In this document: positions 18,760 through 26,872 of the stretch, piece after piece
Layout: each line of letters begins with the position of its first letter
Numbering within the stretch: the stretch's first letter is position 1
DNA from: a virus
Taxonomy: Duplodnaviria > Caudoviricetes
DNA length: 34,665 bases
IMG/VR virus record: IMGVR_UViG_3300032335_000786
Location: 1 to 34,665 of that record
Direction: 5' to 3' (one strand)
Notes under the pieces: model-generated
The model's database searches: none
Seen by the model: only the letters and a program-made list of their open reading frames with translations
Told to the model about the DNA's origin: nothing
Translations under genes and position numbers: made by a program

Positions 18760-20129
18760 TGCCTTTGCCCGGTAACGTGTCGACGCTCGTCGTAATCGGC
18801 ACCTTCCTCACTCCCGAGGGCAACCCCTCGACGGGCACGATCACGTTCACCCCGTCAAGGTGGTTGACCAATTCGGGCGCCAACGTGGCCCTTCCCAACT
18901 CGGGCGTCACCAAGACTTTGGGCACGGCGGGCAACTTCCAGGTAACGCTGCCGGTCACCGACGACGGCGACCTCCAGCCCGCCAACTGGTACTACACGGT
19001 CAGCGAGGTTGTCGACGGGGTCAGCCAGTCCTATGCGCTGCTCCTGCCTGGCACGGCCGGGTCGGGTGGCACCGTCTACCTGGCCGACCTGGCGCCGGCC
19101 GCCGAGCTCGGCCCGGAGTACGCCAGCCTCCGCGGCCCCGAAGGCTTGGCTGCCACGGTCACGGTCGGCACGGTCACGGCTGGCACGGCGGGCGGCACCC
19201 CCACGGTCACCAACTCGGGGAGCAGCTCCGCGGCGGTCCTCAACTTCTCCCTTATTCCCGGCAACACCGGGCCTACGGGAGCGACCGGCGCGACCGGGTC
19301 CACCGGGCCGCAGGGTTCAGCTGCCACGGTCGCGGTCGGCAGCGTCACCACCGGCACGGCGGGCAGCTCGGCCAGCGTCACCAACTCGGGCACCTCGGGG
19401 GCGGCGGTCCTCGACTTCGTGATCCCTCGCGGCGACACGGGGGCGACGGGCGCCACCGGCTCGGCCGCCACGGTCACGGTCGGATCTGTCACCACAGTGG
19501 CGTTTGGCGGCACGGCAGCGGTCAGCAACTCCGGCACCAGCGGCTCGGCCGTGCTCGACTTCGTACTCGTGACCGGCCCGCAGGGCGACCTCGCTGGCCT
19601 GTCCGCCAACGCCCCCATCCGCTACGCCTCCAACACGTTCAGCCTCAATGTCGGCAGCGGCCTAGAGACCGCCGGCACCACGCTCGCAGTCACTTACGGC
19701 ACGGCAGCCTCGGCGCTGGGGTCGTCGGCAGCTGGCAGCGTTGACCGGGCCGCCCGCCAGGACCACGTTCACGCGATGCCCACGGCGGCCAACGTGGGGG
19801 CCATCGGCACGGCCGCCCTCACTACTAGCAACCCGGCCGCCCTGGCCGCAGCTGCGGCCCCAGGCACCGCCACCAACGTCGCCCGGCTAGACCACGTCCA
19901 CCCCTTCCCCACGCCCTCCGATATCGGGGCGGTCGGGAACGCCCTAATTGCGAACAGTAAAGGGGCGCTGATCTCCTCTAACGGGACTGCGGTCGCGGCC
20001 CAGACCGTCGGCAGTAACGGGCAGGCACTCCTCGCAGACTCAACACAGAGCACGGGACTCCGCTGGGGCTCCGTCACGGCATCGGGTGAGGACGACCAGA
20101 TCGCCCTCGCCGTACAGGTATTCGGATAA
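18759..20129 (+). CDS. Collagen-like tail fibre
   Basis: Three AATV.VG.VT..G....V.NSG.S..AVL.F repeats linked by G-X-Y runs; two AR.DHVH..P repeats. Confidence 0.85.
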   Translation: MPLPGNVSTLVVIGTFLTPEGNPSTGTITFTPSRWLTNSGANVALPNSGVTKTLGTAGNFQVTLPVTDDGDLQPANWYYTVSEVVDGVSQSYALLLPGTAGSGGTVYLADLAPAAELGPEYASLRGPEGLAATVTVGTVTAGTAGGTPTVTNSGSSSAAVLNFSLIPGNTGPTGATGATGSTGPQGSAATVAVGSVTTGTAGSSASVTNSGTSGAAVLDFVIPRGDTGATGATGSAATVTVGSVTTVAFGGTAAVSNSGTSGSAVLDFVLVTGPQGDLAGLSANAPIRYASNTFSLNVGSGLETAGTTLAVTYGTAASALGSSAAGSVDRAARQDHVHAMPTAANVGAIGTAALTTSNPAALAAAAAPGTATNVARLDHVHPFPTPSDIGAVGNALIANSKGALISSNGTAVAAQTVGSNGQALLADSTQSTGLRWGSVTASGEDDQIALAVQVFG

Positions 20130-20144
20130 GGAGCACAGACTCAC

Positions 20145-20507
20145 ATGGCTACATTCACTAAGACCCTCCTGTCCGGCTCCACGCGGGGCAAAGGCATCAA
20201 GGTGGCCGCTACCACATCGAGCGGCACAACCATCCACACCACGGGTACGTCAGCCACGACTATTGACGAGGTGTGGCTGTACGCGTACAACGGGCACTCG
20301 GCTGCCGTACTGACGACGTTCCAGATGGGTGGCACGGCGACACCGGACGACGACATAAAGGTAACCATTCCCGCGCAGTCGGGCCTGGTCCTCGTCGCCC
20401 CCGGTCTAACCCTGACGGGTGACGGCTCTGCGGGGCTCGTCGTCCGCGCCTACGCCGCGACAACTAACGTGATTACGATCCACGGTTACGTCAACAGGAT
20501 CGCCTAA
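20145..20507 (+). CDS. Small virion/tail-associated protein
   Basis: AAGGAG SD; Thr-rich beta-type sequence ending ITIHGYVNRIA; lies within the fibre cluster. Confidence 0.65.
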   Translation: MATFTKTLLSGSTRGKGIKVAATTSSGTTIHTTGTSATTIDEVWLYAYNGHSAAVLTTFQMGGTATPDDDIKVTIPAQSGLVLVAPGLTLTGDGSAGLVVRAYAATTNVITIHGYVNRIA

Positions 20508-21415
20508 TGAGTAGGCGGTCACGTCTATTCGTGAGCACGATGGTCAAGGACTGGGGGCAGTCGCCGCTGAGTCGAGTGCCGGATACCGATTTCAGCATTT
20601 CAGTTCAGTATCTCGTCATCGCGGGTGGCGGTGGTGGTGGTGCGACAACCTCCGGTGCAGGTGGTGCTGGTGGATACCGAAGCAATGTCCCAAGCCAGTC
20701 CAGCGGCGGCGGTGCCAGCGCTGAAGCAACAATGTCTGTCATCTTTGGAACGGCCTATGCCCTTACAGTTGGCGGTGGTGGAACGGGAGGCGGTGGCACT
20801 CCGGGTAATGGCTCCAGTTCCACGTTCAATACGGTCACTTCCACCGGAGGTGGAGCAGGACGGCTCACTGCCGCCGCGACATCCGGCGGCTCTGGAGGTG
20901 GCGGTGGCGGCAACGGGTCCGCCGGTGGCGCAGGAACCACGGGACAAGGTTACGCCGGTGGAAATGGTGCCAACATCGGCGGAATTACAATTTCCGGCGG
21001 CGGCGGTGGTGCCGGCGGTATCGGAGCAAATGCAAACGGCGGAAACGGCAACGCTGGCGCTGGTGGTCCCGGTGTGTCATCCACCATCACTGGATCGGCA
21101 ATAACACGCGCTGGTGGCGGTGGCGGTGGTTCCTTTAGCGCGACTGGCGGCTCAGCCGGGAGCGGCGGTGGTGGCACAGGTGGATCAGGCGCTTCTGGTG
21201 ATACCGCGGGATCCCCAAACACAGGTGGCGGCGGTGGTGGTGGTGGAAGCGGCGGCGGTCAGTCGGGCGGTTCTGGGGTTGTCATCCTGTCAATCCCAGA
21301 TGCCAACACGGCGACGTTTTCCGGTGGCGTCACGCAGACCTCGACTACGTCGGGCGGTCGCCGCATCTACACGATCACTGCAGCCGGTGGCTCTGACACC
21401 GTGACCTTCGCTTAG
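20507..21415 (+). CDS. Glycine-rich fibre/receptor-binding protein
   Basis: VQYLVIAGGGGGG...GGAGGY...TVGGGG...NTGGGGGG...GGSGVVIL. Confidence 0.8.
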   Translation: MSRRSRLFVSTMVKDWGQSPLSRVPDTDFSISVQYLVIAGGGGGGATTSGAGGAGGYRSNVPSQSSGGGASAEATMSVIFGTAYALTVGGGGTGGGGTPGNGSSSTFNTVTSTGGGAGRLTAAATSGGSGGGGGGNGSAGGAGTTGQGYAGGNGANIGGITISGGGGGAGGIGANANGGNGNAGAGGPGVSSTITGSAITRAGGGGGGSFSATGGSAGSGGGGTGGSGASGDTAGSPNTGGGGGGGGSGGGQSGGSGVVILSIPDANTATFSGGVTQTSTTSGGRRIYTITAAGGSDTVTFA

Positions 21416-21419
21416 GAGC

Positions 21420-21797
21420 ATGATGGCGCATTACGCATACCTCGACGCCGATAACGTCGTCACGCAGGTCATTGTTGGCAAGGATGAGGGCGAGGACGGC
21501 GTCAATTGGGAGCAGTATTACGGCGCGCTTCGCACGTCGTACAACACGCACGCGGGTCAGCACGCTAACGGCGGCACACCGTTCCGGTTCAATTACGCGG
21601 GGATCGGGTACACGTTCAGCGACGCGCCCGAATGGGCCGCGCAGGGTGGCGCGTTCATTCCCCCGCAGCCGTTTCCGTCTTGGACGCTGAACCCTGCCAC
21701 GGCTCTCTGGGATGCGCCTGTGCCGATGCCTGCCGATGGTGGCCCTTGGCTCTGGGATGAGGCCACCCTGTCATGGGTGCCCATGTCAGGAACCTAG
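21420..21797 (+). CDS. Hypothetical protein typically paired with Gly-rich fibre genes
   Basis: MAHYAYLD..NVVTQVIVG, RTSYNT, FRFNYAGIGYT, AFIPPQPFPSW.LN...WDAPVPMP. Confidence 0.75.
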   Translation: MMAHYAYLDADNVVTQVIVGKDEGEDGVNWEQYYGALRTSYNTHAGQHANGGTPFRFNYAGIGYTFSDAPEWAAQGGAFIPPQPFPSWTLNPATALWDAPVPMPADGGPWLWDEATLSWVPMSGT

Positions 21798-21866
21798 GGG
21801 TTCACGCTGTCCATAATCGCGCGTCGACCTGGCCTCGATGTCGGGCAGGGCTGAGAGGATGCCGGC

Positions 21867-22070
21867 ATGACCCACGACCCGTTGTGTCCCCTTGTGGTTG
21901 ACGGCGTTGAAGGCCCAATCCACCTTTACGAGTGCCCGTGCGACCTAATTGCCAAGGTCAGGGCCGACGAGCGGGCCAAGTACGTCTTGCCCGACCTGCC
22001 CAGGGGCGGCGACCATGTGGACTATTGTCGTGACCTCGCGTGCTACGGCTGCGTTGAGGTGACCGAATGA
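21867..22070 (+). CDS. Small Cys-rich protein, paralogue 1
   Basis: MTHDPLCPL...CPCDLIAKVRADE; GAGAGG SD-like sequence upstream. Confidence 0.7.
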   Translation: MTHDPLCPLVVDGVEGPIHLYECPCDLIAKVRADERAKYVLPDLPRGGDHVDYCRDLACYGCVEVTE

Positions 22071-22318
22071 CTCACGACCCGCTGTGTCCGTTGACCCTGC
22101 CATGCAACTGTTTCGGTGACGACGGCCCGCAACACCCCGAGGGCGACGCTGTGACCTATTGCGACTACTGCGGCAGAGAGTGTCAATGCGACCTGATCGC
22201 CCAGGTCGTCAAGCGGGAGCAGGAGAAGGCAAGCAAGGTGACCGCAGGCGGCACCTTCGGGCCAGGAGTGGACGGCATCACGGATGCCGATATCACCGCT
22301 TTCTTGTCTAGTCTCTAA
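22067..22318 (+). CDS. Small Cys-rich protein, paralogue 2
   Basis: MTHDPLCPL...CDYCGRECQCDLIAQVVKRE; ATGA overlap with paralogue 1. Confidence 0.7.
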   Translation: MTHDPLCPLTLPCNCFGDDGPQHPEGDAVTYCDYCGRECQCDLIAQVVKREQEKASKVTAGGTFGPGVDGITDADITAFLSSL

Positions 22319-22335
22319 CGTAAGAATTCACGGCC

Positions 22336-22377
22336 CGCTTCTCATAGGCGGGGTTTATCCCCCAGCAATGAGAAGCG
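22336..22377. terminator. Stem-loop between convergent genes
   Basis: CGCTTCTCAT (22336-22345) / ATGAGAAGCG (22368-22377) enclosing GGGG-TTTAT-CCCC. Confidence 0.6.
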
Positions 22378-22389
22378 CGAACTTGCCAG

Positions 22390-22572
22390 TTAGCGCTTCC
22401 CGAGGGCGCGGCGCACAGTCATGCGGTCCACGCCAGCGACCCGAGCCGCCTCGGCCTCGGTCATGCCGCCCTCGACGGCCTCACGGATCGCCTCATAGAG
22501 CTCAGCCGCTAGCGCCCGTTCCTTCTCGCGGGCCGCGTTCCACCGCTTCCCCACGGCCTCCAGGCGAGTCAC
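22390..22572 (-). CDS. Small helix-turn-helix DNA-binding protein
   Basis: AIREAVEGGMTEAEAARVAGVDRMTVRRALG. Start uncertain (GTG 22572 or TTG 22584). Confidence 0.82.
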   Translation of the reverse strand: MTRLEAVGKRWNAAREKERALAAELYEAIREAVEGGMTEAEAARVAGVDRMTVRRALGKR

Positions 22573-22750
22573 GGGGCAAGTCAATCAGGTCAAGAAACGT
22601 GAGCCCCTGGGCGGCTAGTTCAGCCTCCACCTGGGCAAAGGCGACGTCGTACTGCCGCCTCGTGATGCGCTTCGCCAGTACGTCAGCGCCCAGCCTGTCC
22701 GAAATAGCCCGCAACTGAGCAAGGCTGCGCGGTCCCCTGGTTCCCCCCAT
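22502..22750 (-). CDS. Hypothetical protein, probably leaderless, first gene of the leftward HTH operon
   Basis: ATG at 22750 lies 7 nt after TAGATT on the - strand; helical sequence SLAQLRAISDRLG...; the 3' end overlaps the HTH gene. Confidence 0.5.
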   Translation of the reverse strand: MGGTRGPRSLAQLRAISDRLGADVLAKRITRRQYDVAFAQVEAELAAQGLTFLDLIDLPRDSPGGRGEAVERGPREGTGASG

Positions 22751-22788
22751 GTAGACGAATCTACTCACCGGTCAGTAGACATCTCTAC
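22751..22788. promoter_or_regulatory. Pair of palindromic operators GTAGA-N4-TCTAC
   Basis: GTAGAcgaaTCTAC (22751-22764) and GTAGAcatcTCTAC (22775-22788), 24 bp apart, covering the putative leftward -10/-35. Confidence 0.75.
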
Positions 22789-22835
22789 ACTTCTGTCCCA
22801 TTGATACCAGTCCGTTACATCGCTCGGGGGCGCCC

Positions 22836-23078
22836 ATGACGTGCGACTACTGCGACACCGAGTTTGAGCCCACACAGACCCGCTGGCTATGCCCAGCGTG
22901 CAAGGCCAAACACCCGTGCTGCGACGGGGCACCCCTTCCAGTTACCCAGGAGCTAGAGAGTGGACACGCCGCAGATCGACGACTTCCTGCTGTGGGCCGC
23001 GACGATCGTGGTCGCCATTACCGCAATCGCAGGCGGACTCGTCGCCCTCTACCGCCTCCTCACGGGCGCACTGAATAA
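22836..23078 (+). CDS. Small zinc-ribbon protein
   Basis: CDYC...CPAC...CCDG in the first ~30 aa; the remainder overlaps the next gene by 119 nt, so the 3' part is doubtful. Confidence 0.5.
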   Translation: MTCDYCDTEFEPTQTRWLCPACKAKHPCCDGAPLPVTQELESGHAADRRLPAVGRDDRGRHYRNRRRTRRPLPPPHGRTE

Positions 23079-23247
23079 GCGCCTCGACGACATTTCCTCC
23101 CAGCTGCGTCGAAACGGCGGCTCCAGCCTCCGCGACGCCGTCGACCGCATCGAGGAACGCACCCAAGTCCTGCACACCGACGTCCGAGACCTGCGCGAGC
23201 GGCTCGACGACCACATCACCTGGCACCTAGAGAAGGACACGAAATGA
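22960..23247 (+). CDS. Lysis-cassette membrane protein (1 TM plus coiled coil)
   Basis: N-terminal TM, RNGGSSLRDAVDRIE...RLDDHI; AGGAG upstream of the GTG. Confidence 0.75.
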   Translation: MDTPQIDDFLLWAATIVVAITAIAGGLVALYRLLTGALNKRLDDISSQLRRNGGSSLRDAVDRIEERTQVLHTDVRDLRERLDDHITWHLEKDTK

Positions 23248-23507
23248 CATTCCGTGAATGGTTCGCCACCAGCCCCCTAGCCTCCTGGCTGCGCGTCTTC
23301 GGCGCCGTCATCCTGTCCGCAGCCGTCGCCGACTGGTCAACCAAGGGCACCATCGACTTTGGCTCGTGGCAGGTGTGGGTCATCAGCGCCTTGGTCTCGG
23401 GCCTGCCCACACTGCTCCGATTCTTCAACCCCGCCGACGTCGAGTTCGGTCGCGGTTCCTGGCGTGACGACCGCTTCGACATCTGGGCCGACGAGGAGAA
23501 CAACTAA
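23244..23507 (+). CDS. Putative holin
   Basis: Two hydrophobic segments, LPTLLRFFNP.D..FGRG, charged C-terminus; directly before the endolysin. Confidence 0.75.
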   Translation: MTFREWFATSPLASWLRVFGAVILSAAVADWSTKGTIDFGSWQVWVISALVSGLPTLLRFFNPADVEFGRGSWRDDRFDIWADEENN

Positions 23508-24049
23508 TGCCAAACACCATCTGTGGCCTGCCCGTCGTGGAGCCCGGCTCACCGCTCCTGGAGCGCAAGCCCATCCCCGGCTGCCCCAACCGCAGCCTCA
23601 CGCTCCACAAGGACGTGCTGCCCCTCTTCCTAGCCCTCGCCGCGGACTATCACCGACTCATCGCTCCGCTAGATCAGGGCGCTTGGGATGAGTGGTCATA
23701 CGACTACCGGCCCGCCCGCACGTCGTCGTCGTGGTCCAACCACTGCGGCTACGCCGTCGACCTCAACGCCTCCCAGGAAGGCCAGCGCGGCACCGGCTGG
23801 ACTAGGTGGTGGCAGACAGCCAACCGCAACCTCAAGGCCCAGCGGCTACGCCGCCGCTACAAGATCCTCAACTGGGGCGCCTGGACCACCATCGCCGACG
23901 ACCCTCACACCCCCGCCACCGAAGGCTGGGACGCGGCCTGGGCCGACGCCATGCACTGGGAACTCAAGGCCGGCACCACCCTCGCCGACGTGAAACGCGT
24001 CATCGCCGAGCTGGGCATCCAGCCCGACGGCACCCGACGAAAGCCGTAG
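23507..24049 (+). CDS. Endolysin, peptidase M15-like Zn peptidase
   Basis: YDYR...SNHCGYAVDLN...WGAW...DAMHWE. Confidence 0.85.
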   Translation: MPNTICGLPVVEPGSPLLERKPIPGCPNRSLTLHKDVLPLFLALAADYHRLIAPLDQGAWDEWSYDYRPARTSSSWSNHCGYAVDLNASQEGQRGTGWTRWWQTANRNLKAQRLRRRYKILNWGAWTTIADDPHTPATEGWDAAWADAMHWELKAGTTLADVKRVIAELGIQPDGTRRKP

Positions 24050-24068
24050 CACCTACGGAAAGGCAGTC

Positions 24069-24311
24069 ATGTCCCTGCTCGACACCCTGTCCGATCCCCA
24101 GTACGTCCCCAAGCGTGGCCCCGCCTGCACCGTCCACCTCACCATGCAAGAAATGGACAAAGCCACGCTAGAAAAGTTCACCGCCGCAATGGCTAACCCC
24201 AGCGCCGCTGGCACCCTCATCGCCGAAGCCCTCCAAGAGCTCGGCTTCAAGGTCCGCGCCGACGCAATTCAACGTCACCGACGAGGGGCTTGCCGCTGTG
24301 GCATCTCTTGA
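24069..24311 (+). CDS. Small Cys/His protein with HTH-like segment
   Basis: C.V...IAEALQELGFKVRADAIQRHRRGACRC; overlaps the phosphoesterase start. Confidence 0.7.
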   Translation: MSLLDTLSDPQYVPKRGPACTVHLTMQEMDKATLEKFTAAMANPSAAGTLIAEALQELGFKVRADAIQRHRRGACRCGIS

Positions 24312-25494
24312 AGAACTGGCCGCCGCCTCCCCAGAAGGCCAAGCACCCAACGCCAGCCTCCCCTCTGGCTGGGCGCCGTCTGTCACATATGACCCCTCGG
24401 GTAGGGCCGAGGTGGTCACCCTCGGCGCCGGCCAGCCAGGCGACGAGTCAACGTGGACTGACGAAGTCCGAGCGTTAGGCGTTGACGTTCCGCCCGGCTG
24501 GTCGGCCCGACTCGTCCAGGTCTCCCACGACCCCAAAGCCTGGGTACGCAACGCCCAAGGCGAAGACGCCGTCACCGAGCCAGTCACCCGCCGCAAGTAC
24601 GTCGTCGAACCCACCCGCGCCCCCGCCGTCGACGTCGACGAACTAGTCGCCGCCATCGGCAAAAAGCGCCCCAAGCTGCGACCCGCCACCGGCGACGCCT
24701 GGGCATACGTCCACACCATCGCCGACTGGCAAATCGGAAAGACCGCCTACGGCATGGGCAGCGAGCAAACCACCCAGCGCATCCTTGACGGCCTCGACGC
24801 CTCCCTCACCCGCTACAAGGCCGAAGCAAAGCGCCGCCCCATCGCCACCGTCGTCCTCGCCAGCCTCGGCGACCTCTGCGAAGGCACCACCAGCCAAGGC
24901 GGCGCCGTTCACCTCACCGCCGACCTCGGACTCACCGAGCAGCTGCGCGTCATAAGGCGCCTACTCCTTGAACACGTCAAAGAATTCGCCCAGGTCGCCG
25001 AGCAGGTCATCGTCCCCACCGCCCCCGGCAACCACGACCAAGCCCACCGGCTCATGGGCATCACCGCCCCCGCCAACGACTCCTTCGCCGTAGACGCCTC
25101 CATGCAGGTCGCCGACGCCCTCCACCTCGCCGGCCAATACGACCACGTCCACATCGTCACCCCCGATGTCGACGACCTCACCGTCACCGTGGAAGCCGAA
25201 GGCACCATCATTGGCTGCGCCCACGGGCACCAATTCCGCGGACCCGACAAGGCACAAGACTGGTGGGCCAAACAAGGCCACGCCCGCCACCGCATCGGCC
25301 AAGCCCACCTCCTGCTCTCCGGGCACTGGCACCACTTCCGAGTCTCCGACGACTCCGGCCGCGTCCACATCGGCTGCCCCACCGTCGACCCCGGCTCGCC
25401 CTGGTACGACCAGCGCAACGGCGGCGGCCCCCAGCACGGCGTACTCACCCTGCTCACCCGCGCGGGAGCCTGGACCGGATTGGAAATCCTGTGA
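24298..25494 (+). CDS. Calcineurin-like metallophosphoesterase
   Basis: ADWQIG, LGDLCEG, GNHD, HGH and GHWH motifs in canonical order. Confidence 0.92.
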   Translation: MASLEELAAASPEGQAPNASLPSGWAPSVTYDPSGRAEVVTLGAGQPGDESTWTDEVRALGVDVPPGWSARLVQVSHDPKAWVRNAQGEDAVTEPVTRRKYVVEPTRAPAVDVDELVAAIGKKRPKLRPATGDAWAYVHTIADWQIGKTAYGMGSEQTTQRILDGLDASLTRYKAEAKRRPIATVVLASLGDLCEGTTSQGGAVHLTADLGLTEQLRVIRRLLLEHVKEFAQVAEQVIVPTAPGNHDQAHRLMGITAPANDSFAVDASMQVADALHLAGQYDHVHIVTPDVDDLTVTVEAEGTIIGCAHGHQFRGPDKAQDWWAKQGHARHRIGQAHLLLSGHWHHFRVSDDSGRVHIGCPTVDPGSPWYDQRNGGGPQHGVLTLLTRAGAWTGLEIL

Positions 25495-25757
25495 AGCCCA
25501 TCGACCCCACCATCGCCACCGACGCCATCCACGTCGTCAACGGCCCCCGCCAGCGCGACTACGCCCACCCACGCATCAACTTCCAGCGCATCGCCGACCT
25601 CTGGAGCCCCATCTTTGGTATCACCGTGACACCAGAGCAGGTCGCCCTAGCAATGATCCAGGTGAAAGTGGCCCGCGAGATCAACCGCCACACCCGCGAC
25701 AACCTCGTCGACCTCGTCGGCTACACCCTCACCCTTGACGCTTGCCGGGAGGACTAA
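25491..25757 (+). CDS. DUF6378-like protein
   Basis: VNGPRQRDYAHP..NFQRIADLWS...VALAMIQVKVAR...DNLVDLVGY; GTGA overlap. Confidence 0.8.
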   Translation: MKPIDPTIATDAIHVVNGPRQRDYAHPRINFQRIADLWSPIFGITVTPEQVALAMIQVKVAREINRHTRDNLVDLVGYTLTLDACRED

Positions 25758-25987
25758 TGAGCCAGCCAGTCAGCCTTTGGATGAGCCTGCGCTTCGGCCA
25801 GCTCGAGGTCAACTTCAGCGCCGACGAAGTCTCCGGCTACGCCCCCGACGTCGCCAACGACATGGCCCTCCACGTCGTCAAAGCCTTCTCAGAGGGCATC
25901 GCTGAGCTGCGGTCCCACGGCGTCATTGGCACCATCGACGACGACGACGAGGCCACCGACGACACCGAGGACGACGACGACGAGTAG
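25757..25987 (+). CDS. Small protein with a very acidic C-terminus
   Basis: GGAGG SD, TAATG coupling; ends DDDDEATDDTEDDDDE. Confidence 0.75.
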   Translation: MSQPVSLWMSLRFGQLEVNFSADEVSGYAPDVANDMALHVVKAFSEGIAELRSHGVIGTIDDDDEATDDTEDDDDE

Positions 25988-25992
25988 CCCCC

Positions 25993-26048
25993 AAAGCCAG
26001 CGGCCCCCCAACCCTCACAAGGGGAAGGGGGGCCGCTTTCTGGCGTTT
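25993..26048. terminator. Bidirectional intrinsic terminator candidate
   Basis: AAAG..AGCGGCCCCCC...GGGGGGCCGCT-TTC..GTTT between the convergent late operon and the integrase. Confidence 0.7.
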
Positions 26049-26872
26049 CAGACCGCCCAAGCACCTACCGCTGCGTGCAGGTCATCGTCGCTGATGTGGG
26101 TATAAATCTCCGTCGTGGCGATGGAGGCGTGCCCTAGGAGTTGCTGCACTGAGCGGATGTCGTGCGACGCCCGGTAGACGCTGCCTGCGAAATAGTGGCG
26201 CAGCGAGTGAGCCGACCATTTCCCCGGCAACGCCCGAGCAATTCGGCGCCCCATCGCATCCGGCGTAATGGGCCCGCCGTCCACGCTCGGGAACGCATAA
26301 CCGCCCCGTTCCTTCACCTTGCGCAGCGGCTCCTCCAAAATGGACTTGATGGGGATGCTGCGCTGCTTGCCTCCTTTGCCGACCACGGTCAGCATCCGAT
26401 CCCCAATCTGGTCGGCGTGCAGGTTGGCAATCTCCGCCCGCCTCAGACCGGCATAGGCCGCCAGCATGATCGCCAGCCGGTCCCGCTCATGCGCGCCCTC
26501 AAGGGCCGTGAGAAGGGCATCCTGCGGGGCCTCCTTAATGGCCCTAGGCGGCATCTTGATCGGCCTCGTCTTGGCGGTCGGGTCAGCCTCTAGGCGACCT
26601 GATTCCATCGCCCAGCGGTAATACGACTTGAGACTTGCCCTAGCCGACAACTTGGTTGCTGGTTTCCAGGCCGGGTTCTCCAGCCACTTGATGACGACTT
26701 CGGGCGTCGCCGTGTCGAGGTCGTGGTTTCTTGTGAACCGTTTGAGGTGGTGGATGCGTAGGGCGATGGTGCCCTCACTGAGATTCCCGGCGCGTAGCCA
26801 GGAGGCGAACTCGGTGAAAGGGCTCATTTGCCCCCCCCCCCGCTGCAACGGTTGCTTTTCGTGCTTTCCCAT
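26048..26872 (-). CDS. int: Tyrosine integrase/recombinase without an arm-binding domain
   Basis: AGLRRAEI (R), GKGGK (K), HSLRH, LGHAS, TTEIY (Y). Start is ATG 26872 or ATG 26827. Confidence 0.96.
   Translation of the reverse strand: MGKHEKQPLQRGGGQMSPFTEFASWLRAGNLSEGTIALRIHHLKRFTRNHDLDTATPEVVIKWLENPAWKPATKLSARASLKSYYRWAMESGRLEADPTAKTRPIKMPPRAIKEAPQDALLTALEGAHERDRLAIMLAAYAGLRRAEIANLHADQIGDRMLTVVGKGGKQRSIPIKSILEEPLRKVKERGGYAFPSVDGGPITPDAMGRRIARALPGKWSAHSLRHYFAGSVYRASHDIRSVQQLLGHASIATTEIYTHISDDDLHAAVGAWAV

Noticed and set aside
19140-19570. Repeats in the fibre gene as a CRISPR array or DGR template/variable repeat
   Set aside because: They are in-frame protein repeats with synonymous divergence. 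There is no spacer pattern, no adenine-specific variation, and no cas or reverse transcriptase gene.
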